Assembly (NCBI GenBank): GCA_900757205.1
Contig: CAAENA010000090.1
Span: forward strand, 1,708-65,707
Direction of reading: 5' to 3'
Origin: an uncultured Collinsella sp.
GTDB taxonomy: Bacteria; Actinomycetota; Coriobacteriia; Coriobacteriales; Coriobacteriaceae
DNA: 64,000 nucleotides
Each line of letters starts with the position of its first letter. Positions within the stretch are counted from its first letter, which is position 1. The translations under genes and the position numbers were made by a program. Under the pieces are notes generated by a model. The model worked only from the letters and a program-made list of their open reading frames with translations, ran no database searches and was not told the DNA's origin. This document shows positions 1-8,758 of this stretch, piece after piece.

Positions 1-972
1 GCTGACAAGATCAACAAGTGCCTCGCCGACAACGGCATCGCCTCCCTCGAGGAAGCTCTGCAGATCTGCACCGACAAGGGCTTCAACCCGCGTGAGATCG
101 TCAACAACACCCAGTCCATCGCCTTCCAGAACGCCGAGTGGGCCTACACCCTCGGTTGCGCTCTCGCTGTCAAGCGTGGCGCCAAGTCCGCTTCTGAGGC
201 TGCCGCCATCATCGGCGAGGGCATCCAGGCCTTCACCGTTCCCGGCTCCGTCGCCGAGGACCGCAAGGTCGGTCTGGGCCACGGCAACCTGGGCGCTATG
301 CTGCTCTCCGACGACACCGAGTGCTTCGCCTTCCTGGCCGGCCACGAGTCCTTCGCTGCCGCCGAGGGCGCTATCGGCCTGGCTCTGAACGCCAACAAGG
401 CTCGCAAGAAGCCGCTGCGCGTCATCCTCAACGGTCTGGGCAAGGACGCTGCTCAGATCATCGCCCGCATCAACGGCTTCACCTACGTGAAGACCCAGTT
501 CGACTACTACACGGGCGAGCTCAAGGTCGTCGAGACCATCCCCTACTCCGATGGTCCCCGCGCTGCCGTTAACTGCTACGGCTCCGACGACGTCCGCGAG
601 GGCGTTGCCATCATGTGGCACGAGAACGTCGACATCTCGATCACCGGTAACTCCACCAACCCCACGCGCTTCCAGCACCCCGTCGCTGGCACCTACAAGA
701 AGGAGCGCCTCGAGGCTGGCAAGAAGTACTTCTCCGTCGCTTCTGGTGGCGGCACTGGCCGTACCCTGCACCCGGACAACATGGGCGCCGGCCCTGCCTC
801 TTACGGCATGACCGACACCATGGGCCGTATGCACTCCGACGCCCAGTTCGCCGGTTCTTCCTCCGTGCCTGCGCACGTCGACATGATGGGTCTCATCGGC
901 ATGGGCAACAACCCCATGGTCGGTGCCACCGTCGCTTGCGCTGTCGCCGTCGAGGAGGCCCTCAAGGCCTAA
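1..972 (+). CDS. GGGtGRT family protein (5'-truncated by window edge)
   Basis: Frame 1 is open from base 1 (ADKINKCLADNG...) to TAA at 972. Contains the namesake motif SGGGTGRTLHPDN and strongly biased codon usage. Confidence 0.9.
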   Translation, partial: ADKINKCLADNGIASLEEALQICTDKGFNPREIVNNTQSIAFQNAEWAYTLGCALAVKRGAKSASEAAAIIGEGIQAFTVPGSVAEDRKVGLGHGNLGAMLLSDDTECFAFLAGHESFAAAEGAIGLALNANKARKKPLRVILNGLGKDAAQIIARINGFTYVKTQFDYYTGELKVVETIPYSDGPRAAVNCYGSDDVREGVAIMWHENVDISITGNSTNPTRFQHPVAGTYKKERLEAGKKYFSVASGGGTGRTLHPDNMGAGPASYGMTDTMGRMHSDAQFAGSSSVPAHVDMMGLIGMGNNPMVGATVACAVAVEEALKA

Positions 973-1006
973 TCGCGCCCGCGCGATGCTCATATAGTTG
1001 AGCTTT

Positions 1007-1040
1007 AGAGCCGCTACCCACCCGGGTAGCGGCTCTTTTT
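1007..1040 (+). terminator. Rho-independent terminator
   Basis: AGAGCCGCTACCC / GGGTAGCGGCTCT stem followed by a T run, just after the stop codon. Confidence 0.85.
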
Positions 1041-1293
1041 GTTTGCCCCGTCTCAAATTGGTTACTCTTATTAAAGGGTCCGATGTATCAGTTGCGGTGA
1101 AATACGGACTGAATTGCATCCATACAGGCCAAAACAGTCCGTATTCCACCGCAACTTATCAAATGGGCCGACCGAAGTGGCCGAGTCCACCTGACGCCCA
1201 CCTGCCATATTTGCCCTTTACCGATTTGCCGAGTCTTTGCGGGCCCATTGCCGATCACCCGTGCGACAATGCGCCGGACGAGAAAGGAATCCG

Positions 1294-2820
1294 ATGGAAT
1301 CGACTGATGTACTGGTAATTGGATCTGGCATTGCGGGCCTTTGCGCCGCCATCGAAGCGGCACGCACGGGTGCAACCGTCACTGTGGCAAGCGCCGGCAA
1401 GACTATGAGTGGATCGAGCTTCTTCCCCGGAACCTGGGGCCTAGGGCTTATCGGACCCGTTAACGAAGACGACGAGCAGGACCTCATCGACACCATCCTG
1501 GCCGTCGGCGGCGGCGTTGCCGACCCCGAACTCGTCCAAACGTTCGTCCACGGCATTCGCCAAGCGATTGAATGGCTCGAGCAAGACCTGGGCGTTGAGC
1601 TCCAGCGTCCGCAAAGCGCCAAGAGTGCTCAACAAAAGCAGTTTATCCCCTGCTTTGACCACAAGACGCGCATGTGGCGCGGCCTCACCCGCAAGCCCCT
1701 TGAGGACGCTCTGACGACCTGGATCGAGTCGCTCGGCATTCGCCTGCTCCCCCGCCATGAGCTTATCGACCTTGTTGAGGACACGAACGGCAGAATAACC
1801 GGAACCGTACTCTACGACCTTACCGAAAATCGAATCGTGCCCTTTGCTGCCAAGGCCACGATCATCGCAGCCGGTGGCACAGGCGGCCTGTTCGAGCGCA
1901 GCCTTACGTCGGCTGATGTGCTCAGCTCCTCGCAGGCCATCGCACTGGCGCACGGCGCAACACTTACTAATATAGAGTTCATGCAGATGATGCCTGGCTT
2001 CATCGAGCCCAGGCGTAACTTGGTCTTCAACGAGAAAACCTGGCGCTACGTGCATGTAGACCAGCCGGTAGATATTGCCGACGACAAGCTGGACGACCTG
2101 CTCGAGCAGCGCTCTGGATATGGTCCCTTCACGTCACGCTTGGCCTCCCGCGCTATCGATCTCGTCATCGATCAGGCAGGTGCCGAAGGCCTGGCACTCC
2201 ACTACGACTTCCCCCGCGAGGATGTCCCAGAGTTTGTGCAGACCTTTGCCACCTGGCTGCAAGACGAGCACGGCATCGCGCCGACCGACGAGATGCGCGT
2301 TGCGATGTATGCCCACGCCGCTAACGGCGGCATCAAGATCGATAAGACCGCGCACACGGGCGTTGAGGGCCTCTACGCTTGCGGCGAGGCGACAGGCGGC
2401 ATGCACGGCGCCGACCGCATTGGTGGCTTGTCAAGCGCCAACGGCATCGTGTTCGGTCGCATTGCGGGCGCATCGGCAGCCCTCACAGCGCAGAAAGAGC
2501 CTGAGGCGGCCCTGAAGGCGGATATCACCCTCCCCCAGTACGGCATTGCCACAACAGATGCCGAACGCCTGACACACAGCCTTAGGCACACGATGAGCAC
2601 CTTTTGCATGATCAACAGGACCGAAACAGGCCTATCCGAGGCCCTGCAACAGCTTGAAAGCCTGCAAGACAAGGCCATGGCGCTGAGCAAGCCGCATACC
2701 GATGACAGCGAGATCGCAGCCCTCGCCCGCCTACAGTCGCAGATTCGACTAGCACAGGAAATGGTCAAAGCCATGCGCAAGCGAACTGAAAGTCTCGGGT
2801 CGCACTATCGAGCGGATTAA
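1294..2820 (+). CDS. FAD-dependent oxidoreductase, L-aspartate oxidase / fumarate reductase flavoprotein family
   Basis: DVLVIGSGIAG FAD motif, GLYACGEATGGMHGADRIGGLS and C-terminal ESLGSHYRAD. AAAGGA RBS before ATG 1294. Confidence 0.8.
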   Translation: MESTDVLVIGSGIAGLCAAIEAARTGATVTVASAGKTMSGSSFFPGTWGLGLIGPVNEDDEQDLIDTILAVGGGVADPELVQTFVHGIRQAIEWLEQDLGVELQRPQSAKSAQQKQFIPCFDHKTRMWRGLTRKPLEDALTTWIESLGIRLLPRHELIDLVEDTNGRITGTVLYDLTENRIVPFAAKATIIAAGGTGGLFERSLTSADVLSSSQAIALAHGATLTNIEFMQMMPGFIEPRRNLVFNEKTWRYVHVDQPVDIADDKLDDLLEQRSGYGPFTSRLASRAIDLVIDQAGAEGLALHYDFPREDVPEFVQTFATWLQDEHGIAPTDEMRVAMYAHAANGGIKIDKTAHTGVEGLYACGEATGGMHGADRIGGLSSANGIVFGRIAGASAALTAQKEPEAALKADITLPQYGIATTDAERLTHSLRHTMSTFCMINRTETGLSEALQQLESLQDKAMALSKPHTDDSEIAALARLQSQIRLAQEMVKAMRKRTESLGSHYRAD

Positions 2821-2980
2821 ACCGAACACCTATCTAAAGCAGAACACAACCAATCGATATCCATGGGCCCCGTGAGCTCGAAGCAGCACGGGCCCATTCG
2901 TGTCCGCACGGCAGCGTATCCTTATTCTGAATACAGAGTGGGCAAAGCCCGCATAGACAATAGACCAGCGAGGAGGAGAT

Positions 2981-3841
2981 ATGGACAGTAGAGATATCGA
3001 GAAGTGGCGTGTCGAACTTGATAGCTACGCCAATGTGGAAGACGGCGTTGAATATTGGCTCGCACGCGATTTAATGGAACCCATGGGGTACACTCGATGG
3101 GAGAACTTCGCCGAAGTTGTTAAGAGGGCAAAAGTCTCGTGCGAAACAAACAAAACTCCAGTTGATTCCCATTTTCGTGACACCACGAAAATGGTAACTG
3201 CCGGTGTCGCCGCTCGCGCGGTTAAAGACTACAAACTTACGCGCTACGCATGCTATTTAATCGCCCAAAACGGAGATCCAAACAAGCCGGAGATCGCGCT
3301 CGTGCAGGCATACTTTGCCGTCCAGACGCGCCGCCAAGAGCTCATAGAGCAGCGCTTCGCAGAGATTCAGCGCTTGCAGGCGCGCCACTCGCTATCCGAT
3401 TCAGAGAAACAGCTCTCGGGCATTGCGTTCAAACGAGGCGTGGACTCCAAAGGATTCGCGATCATCAAGTCGAAGGGCGATGAGGCGTTATTCGGCGGCA
3501 GAAGCACGACGGAAATGAAGCAGCAGCTCGGCGTACCCAAGAGCGCGGCATTGGCGGACAGGTTAGCCGATGTCCTCATCAAAGCAAAGGACCTTACGAA
3601 CTCGATGACGGCCTTCAACGCCGAGGAACACGACCTGTACGGCCTGGACCAGATCAAGCAAGAGCACGTCGAGAACAACACAAGCGTGCGCGGCAGCCTC
3701 ATCGACCGCGGAATTGTCCCCGAGAACCTACCGCCTGCCGAGGATACAAAAAAGCTCGAGCGTCGCGTGAAGGCAGACGAGAAGAAACTCAAGGAGGGTA
3801 CTGACGGTTTTACCGATCCCCAGGGTAGACTCGATCTGTGA
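2981..3841 (+). CDS. dinD: DNA damage-inducible protein D family (BRO-like N-terminus)
   Basis: EYWLARDLMEPMGYTRWENF and DYKLTRYACYLIAQNGDPNKPEIA...YFAVQTRRQE are typical DinD motifs. AGGAGG RBS. Confidence 0.85.
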   Translation: MDSRDIEKWRVELDSYANVEDGVEYWLARDLMEPMGYTRWENFAEVVKRAKVSCETNKTPVDSHFRDTTKMVTAGVAARAVKDYKLTRYACYLIAQNGDPNKPEIALVQAYFAVQTRRQELIEQRFAEIQRLQARHSLSDSEKQLSGIAFKRGVDSKGFAIIKSKGDEALFGGRSTTEMKQQLGVPKSAALADRLADVLIKAKDLTNSMTAFNAEEHDLYGLDQIKQEHVENNTSVRGSLIDRGIVPENLPPAEDTKKLERRVKADEKKLKEGTDGFTDPQGRLDL

Positions 3842-3928
3842 AAGCGGCTGTGCCCCGACGGGTTCAACCCCATGCGAGGTCAACAAAAAAGCGACCAGCT
3901 TAAGCCAGTCGCTTTAACATGCTTTGGG

Positions 3929-4001
3929 TGGGCCGTCAGGGGGTCGAACCCTGGACCTTGGGATTAAGAGTCCCCTGCTCTACCAACTGAGCTAACGACC
4001 C
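3929..4001 (-). tRNA. tRNA-Lys(CTT)
   Basis: Reverse complement GGGTCGTTAGCTCAGTTGGTAGAGCAGGGGACTCTTAATCCCAAGGTCCAGGGTTCGACCCCCTGACGGCCCA forms a cloverleaf with anticodon CTT. CCA is not encoded. Confidence 0.95.
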
Positions 4002-4023
4002 GATATCAACACGAAGCAAGAAC

Positions 4024-4101
4024 TGGGGTGGGTAAAGGGACTCGAACCCTCGACCTACGGGACCACAACCCGTCGCTCTAGCCAACTGAGCTACACCCAC
4101 C
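4024..4101 (-). tRNA. tRNA-His(GTG)
   Basis: Reverse complement GGTGGGTGTAGCTCAGTTGGCTAGAGCGACGGGTTGTGGTCCCGTAGGTCGAGGGTTCGAGTCCCTTTACCCACCCCA, with anticodon GTG, G-1 and encoded CCA. Confidence 0.95.
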
Positions 4102-4266
4102 GTGTCCTGTGCGCTTCGCGCTCGACTATTATTGCAAGGAACGCCACGCGATGCAAGCCCCAATTTTCAAGAATTTTGAAAAGAGTTTTTCGAGACCATT
4201 TCGAGCAAATCCCACCGGTTTCATAGGAGTAAACTTGCGCCACTGCAAATCCTCGAAAGGACCGTC

Positions 4267-5448
4267 ATGAAAGAACTCTCCAATCGCACGGCAACGTTTA
4301 CTGATTCCGTCATCCGCCGCATGACGCGCATCTCCAATAAGTACGGCGCCGTCAACCTCTCGCAGGGCTTCCCCGACTTTGATCCCCCGGCGCAGCTGCT
4401 CAATAGTCTGGGCACCATCGCCACCGACCCCAAGCCGCTCTACCACCAGTACTCCATCACCTGGGGCTCCCAGGCCATGCGTGAGGCGCTTGCCGCCAAG
4501 CAGGAGCATTTTATGGGCATGTCGGTGAACCCCAACGAGAATATCGTAGTCACCTGCGGCTCCACCGAGGCCATGATGGCCGCCATGATGACGGTCACGA
4601 ACCCCGGCGACAAGGTCGTCATCTTCTCGCCGTTCTATGAGAACTACGGCGCCGACACGATCCTTTCGGGTGCCGAGCCCATCTACGTGCCGCTCAACCC
4701 GCCTGCGTTCGACTTTGACCGTGAGGTGCTCGAGGCGGCCTTCCGCGACAACGATCCCAAGGCGATCGTCCTGTGCAACCCGTCCAACCCCTGTGGCAAG
4801 GTCTTTACGCGCGAGGAGCTCACCTTTATCGCCGACCTCTGCAAACAGTACGACGCCTACTGCATCACCGACGAGGTATACGAGCACATCGTCTACGCGC
4901 CCCATGAGCACGTCTATATGGCCACGCTGCCCGGCATGTTCGAGCGAACCATCAGCTGCAGCTCGCTGTCTAAGACGTACTCCATCACCGGCTGGCGTCT
5001 GGGCTACACCATCGCCCCGGCCCAGATCACCGAGCGTATCAAGAAGGTCCACGACTTTCTCACCGTGGGTGCCGCCGCTCCCCTGCAGGAAGCCGTTGTC
5101 ACCGCCCTCAACTTCGACGACAGCTATTACGATGAGGTCCTTAACCTCTATACCGCCAAACGCGACCTGTTCTGCCAGGGGCTCGATAGCATCGGTCTTG
5201 AGCATAACGTGCCACAGGGCGCCTACTACGTCATGATGGACATCTCTGAGTTTGGCTATGACAGCGACCTCGAATTCTGCGAGGACCTCGCATCCAAGGT
5301 GGGCGTGGGCGCCGTGCCCGGCTCGAGCTTCTTCCGCGAGCCCGTCAACCATCTGATTCGTTTCCACTTTGCCAAGCGGGACGAGACGCTTAACGCGGCA
5401 CTGGAGAACCTCAAGTCGCTACGTGATAAAATCAAGCCGCGCGGGTAA
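4267..5448 (+). CDS. PLP-dependent aminotransferase class I/II
   Basis: VNLSQGFPDF, LCNPSNPCG, DEVYEH and SLSKTYSITGWRLG (PLP lysine). Confidence 0.9.
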   Translation: MKELSNRTATFTDSVIRRMTRISNKYGAVNLSQGFPDFDPPAQLLNSLGTIATDPKPLYHQYSITWGSQAMREALAAKQEHFMGMSVNPNENIVVTCGSTEAMMAAMMTVTNPGDKVVIFSPFYENYGADTILSGAEPIYVPLNPPAFDFDREVLEAAFRDNDPKAIVLCNPSNPCGKVFTREELTFIADLCKQYDAYCITDEVYEHIVYAPHEHVYMATLPGMFERTISCSSLSKTYSITGWRLGYTIAPAQITERIKKVHDFLTVGAAAPLQEAVVTALNFDDSYYDEVLNLYTAKRDLFCQGLDSIGLEHNVPQGAYYVMMDISEFGYDSDLEFCEDLASKVGVGAVPGSSFFREPVNHLIRFHFAKRDETLNAALENLKSLRDKIKPRG

Positions 5449-5473
5449 TGACGGCCCGGCAACTAAAGCAACC

Positions 5474-5512
5474 AAAGAAGCCCCGCACCGCCACGTTGCG
5501 AGGCTTCTTTTT
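5474..5512 (+). terminator. Rho-independent terminator
   Basis: AAAGAAGCCCCGCA...TGCGAGGCTTCTTTTT hairpin after the aminotransferase gene. Confidence 0.7.
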
Positions 5513-5582
5513 ATAGCGCTTTCTTAAATGGTTTAGAGCCCTATACTTTAGTCACGGAGCAACTCGTCCAGAGAGGAATACT

Positions 5583-6473
5583 ATGGCAGAGCAGCAGCTT
5601 ATCGGAGCGCTCGAGGCCGGCGGCACCAAGATGGTCTGCGCCACGGGCTATGCAGACGGTACGGTCCTGAAGCGTGAGCAGATCGCGACCACGACCCCGC
5701 AGGAGACCGTCGAGGCCGTCAACGCATGGTTTGCCGACAAGGGCATCGCCGCGCTGGGCATCGGCGCCTTTGGCCCCACCGCAGTCAACCCTGCCTCGCC
5801 CCAATACGGCAAGATCCTGGAGACGCCCAAAACGGCATGGCGCTACTTCGACCTGCTGGGCACCATCCAAAACGAGCTCAATATTCCCTGCGGCTACGAC
5901 ACCGACGTCAACGTCGCCTGCCTGGGCGAGGTCACCTTTGGTTGCGCCCAGGGCCTCACCGACGTGGTATACCTGACCATCGGTACCGGCGTGGGCGCCG
6001 GCGTGCTCTCGGGCGGTAAGCTCGTGCACGGCATGATGCATCCCGAGGCCGGCCACATCCTGGTCACGCGCGACCCGCGCGACACCATTGGCGAGCACAG
6101 CGCCTGCCCCTTCCACGACAACTGCCTCGAGGGCCTCATCGCAGGTCCCGGCGTCAAAAAGCGCTGGGATGGCAAGAGCGCCGGAGACATGGCCGATGAC
6201 CCGAAGGCCATGGACCTGCTCGCCGGCTATCTGGCACAGGCGCTCATGACCTACACGCTGTGCTACGCGCCGCAAAAGATCATCATCGGCGGCGGCGTGG
6301 CCGACCACACCCCCATCGTCCCGCTCGCACGCAAGAAGTGCGCCGAGATGCTCAACGGCTATATCGTCACGCCCGAGGTCAACGACATCGATAACTACAT
6401 CGTCAACAACAGCCTCGAGGGCAAGCAGGGCATCATGGGCTGCCTGGCCCTGGGCGCACAGGCGCTTCAGTAG
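5583..6473 (+). CDS. ROK family sugar kinase (fructokinase-like)
   Basis: GALEAGGTKMVC, TDVN, YLTIGTGVGAG and HPEAGH...CPFHDNCLEG zinc motif. Confidence 0.9.
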   Translation: MAEQQLIGALEAGGTKMVCATGYADGTVLKREQIATTTPQETVEAVNAWFADKGIAALGIGAFGPTAVNPASPQYGKILETPKTAWRYFDLLGTIQNELNIPCGYDTDVNVACLGEVTFGCAQGLTDVVYLTIGTGVGAGVLSGGKLVHGMMHPEAGHILVTRDPRDTIGEHSACPFHDNCLEGLIAGPGVKKRWDGKSAGDMADDPKAMDLLAGYLAQALMTYTLCYAPQKIIIGGGVADHTPIVPLARKKCAEMLNGYIVTPEVNDIDNYIVNNSLEGKQGIMGCLALGAQALQ

Positions 6474-6587
6474 CAGACGCACCCACGGGGCGTGGCGCGC
6501 TCGGCAAATCCAACCTACGGAACGACGCCACCACGCCCCATATAAGCCCTCAAATAAAAAAGGCCGCCTAGGACCAAACAATACGTC

Positions 6588-7037
6588 CTAGGCGGCTTTT
6601 TTGGCGTACATCAGCGACCGTAAGAGATATCGGAGCACAACGCCCGTTGCCGCTCCACAGCAGTCGATCATCACATCGGTGATCATGCCGGCGCGTCCCG
6701 GCACAAAGAGCTGAATCGTCTCGTCGATCGAGGGAATCAGCAGCAGGAACACCGCCGTGGGCAGCAGCACGTCAAAGGTGCGCCGACCCTCAAAATCAAA
6801 GGCGTGCGTTGCCAGAATGCCGAGCACCATATACTCGGTAAAATGCGCACACTTGCGAACAACAAAGTTGGTCACCCATTCATATGGAAGTCCCACGCCG
6901 TGCAGGAAGCCGCGGATAGTTTCCATGACCGTTAGGCTCAGCGAGCCCGACCCCGAGCCGGGAACCAGCGAATTGCCCCAGATCAAGAGCGCCATCAGGC
7001 AGGTCACGACCGCCCATTTTCGATTGATCTTAACCAT
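6588..7037 (-). CDS. VanZ family membrane protein
   Basis: VRKCAHFTEY and DETIQLFVPGRAG...DVMID motifs, with hydrophobic segments. Confidence 0.85.
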   Translation of the reverse strand: MVKINRKWAVVTCLMALLIWGNSLVPGSGSGSLSLTVMETIRGFLHGVGLPYEWVTNFVVRKCAHFTEYMVLGILATHAFDFEGRRTFDVLLPTAVFLLLIPSIDETIQLFVPGRAGMITDVMIDCCGAATGVVLRYLLRSLMYAKKAA

Positions 7038-7044
7038 GCAGAAG

Positions 7045-8445
7045 TTATGCCTCCGCGCGGAGCGGCGCGAAGCTGGCGGTACCGCCCTCGATAACGCTCA
7101 GATAGGCACGGCCCGTACGCTTGGCGGTAGAGGACTGTAGGCGCTCGATCTCTTCCTCGAGGATCTGATTGACGCGCTCGTGACGACGATTTTCCATAAT
7201 GCCGGCGGCAATAGCCTCGGCTCGCTCGATGCTCTCGCGCGAGATACGGGCGGTATCCTCGGGGAACACAGCGCTGTGACGGCCGATATAGGCGGGGGCA
7301 GCAGGCTGAGGGGCAGCGACGGGAGCGGGCGCTACAACAGGAGCAGGCTCGTCAATCTCATCCAGAATCGCGGTGGCGGCGGCCCACATGTCCTCGTGGC
7401 CCGAGTAATCGGCCATGGGGACATCAACCTCGAGCGAGGCGTCCGGAAGGTCGCCGGTGTCGATGCGATCTTGGGCATCAATCGATGCGGTAATGGCTGC
7501 AGGCTCATCGAGGTCATCGAGATCGATGTCCGCGGCACCGGAGATGATAGGCATGCTGGCGAGGTTTGCGTTGTACGGCGCAGCCTCAGCCGCCTGCTGC
7601 TGGGCAGGAGCGCCCCAAAGCGAGCTTTCGGCGGCACGGCGGGCGGCAACGGCCTCCTCGTCCGCGGCCATGGCTTCATCAACGTACGAATTGTCGGCAG
7701 AAGCGTTCGCGTCCGCCGAAGTAGCGCTGTAGGCGTTATTGACTGCCGCGTTGGCGACGAGTGCCACGAAAGCCGCCGTGCTGCCCGCAGGGGCGGCCTG
7801 GGAGCCCGACACGGCACGCGCCGCGGCGGCGATGTCGTCGCGATTGAAGGACCCGGTCTGCCCGCCGTTGGTGAGCTCGTCGATGGCGACTTGATAGACG
7901 TCGCGCGAGTGTGCAGGGTCGCAGCTCACCAGCGAATCGTCGTCGAGCATACTGTCGATCATGGACCAAGCCTCGGCCTCGTCCATAGCATCTGCGGCTC
8001 GAGCGATGGTAGGGACACCATCATCGGCATGACGGCGCTGGAACGCACCAGTCAGGCCGGAAAGGAATGCCGAGGTAGACTGCTCCGACTGAGCCTGAGA
8101 AGCAGAAGCGGCAGCATATGGAGTCGCATCCTGCTGCTGAGCTGGAATCGAGGCGGTCTTGAACTCGCTTTGATGCTGATTGAGATTGGCGGCACCGCCC
8201 ATGGCATCGGGCTGGAACAGACGCTCTTCACGCTGCGCACGGTACTCGGAGATACCCAGCGAGGCGGCATAGATGCCCACGCCCGCCACCGCACCGACGG
8301 CAAAGGGAACAGCGCCCGCGACAACCGTCTCGTTGACCGACGAGAACGGCAGCGTCGCGGCATACATCACCACGGGGGCGGCAAGGCCGATCCCGCAGGA
8401 AAGTCCGGCAAGGACTGCTCGTTGTGTTGCATCAGAAGAAGCCAT
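7045..8445 (-). CDS. Hypothetical protein: two N-terminal TM segments and a long acidic, Ala-rich region
   Basis: Long ORF with a GGGGAG RBS before ATG 8445. No family recognised. Confidence 0.7.
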   Translation of the reverse strand: MASSDATQRAVLAGLSCGIGLAAPVVMYAATLPFSSVNETVVAGAVPFAVGAVAGVGIYAASLGISEYRAQREERLFQPDAMGGAANLNQHQSEFKTASIPAQQQDATPYAAASASQAQSEQSTSAFLSGLTGAFQRRHADDGVPTIARAADAMDEAEAWSMIDSMLDDDSLVSCDPAHSRDVYQVAIDELTNGGQTGSFNRDDIAAAARAVSGSQAAPAGSTAAFVALVANAAVNNAYSATSADANASADNSYVDEAMAADEEAVAARRAAESSLWGAPAQQQAAEAAPYNANLASMPIISGAADIDLDDLDEPAAITASIDAQDRIDTGDLPDASLEVDVPMADYSGHEDMWAAATAILDEIDEPAPVVAPAPVAAPQPAAPAYIGRHSAVFPEDTARISRESIERAEAIAAGIMENRRHERVNQILEEEIERLQSSTAKRTGRAYLSVIEGGTASFAPLRAEA

Positions 8446-8689
8446 GAGCTCTCCCCATCTTCCAGCACCCAAATCGCATCATTCAGTTGGCTGCGCGAGA
8501 GAAGATGAAGCGGGGCTATGCCCCAAAGCAACGGTATATGGTTCGTTTCATCTGCGTTTTCCGTCGCGAAGCTTAAAAGCTATTATGCGAAACCGCCCTG
8601 CCGATTGCAAGCGACGATGTCGGATTGAAACGGGAAACCTGCTGCTCGTCGGTCTTACGGTCAAAAATAAGCGCGGAGCGGCGCTATAG

Positions 8690-8721
8690 AAAAGGGCCGA
8701 GGCTCAAAGCCCCGACCCTTT
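8690..8721 (-). terminator. Terminator downstream of rho
   Basis: AAAAGGGCCGAGGC...GCCCCGACCCTTT hairpin; the A run reads as a U tail on the minus strand. Confidence 0.6.
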
Positions 8722-8758
8722 ATCGCATTGATGACTATCGCTGCGCGTAGATGACAAC

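Noticed and set aside
3926..3929. tRNA-Lys (and tRNA-Ala at 21544) lack an encoded CCA
   Set aside because: Common in Actinobacteria; CCA is added enzymatically.
2981..4101. dinD beside the tRNA-Lys 3' end as a possible integrated element
   Set aside because: No integrase and no duplicated tRNA 3' end found in the window.
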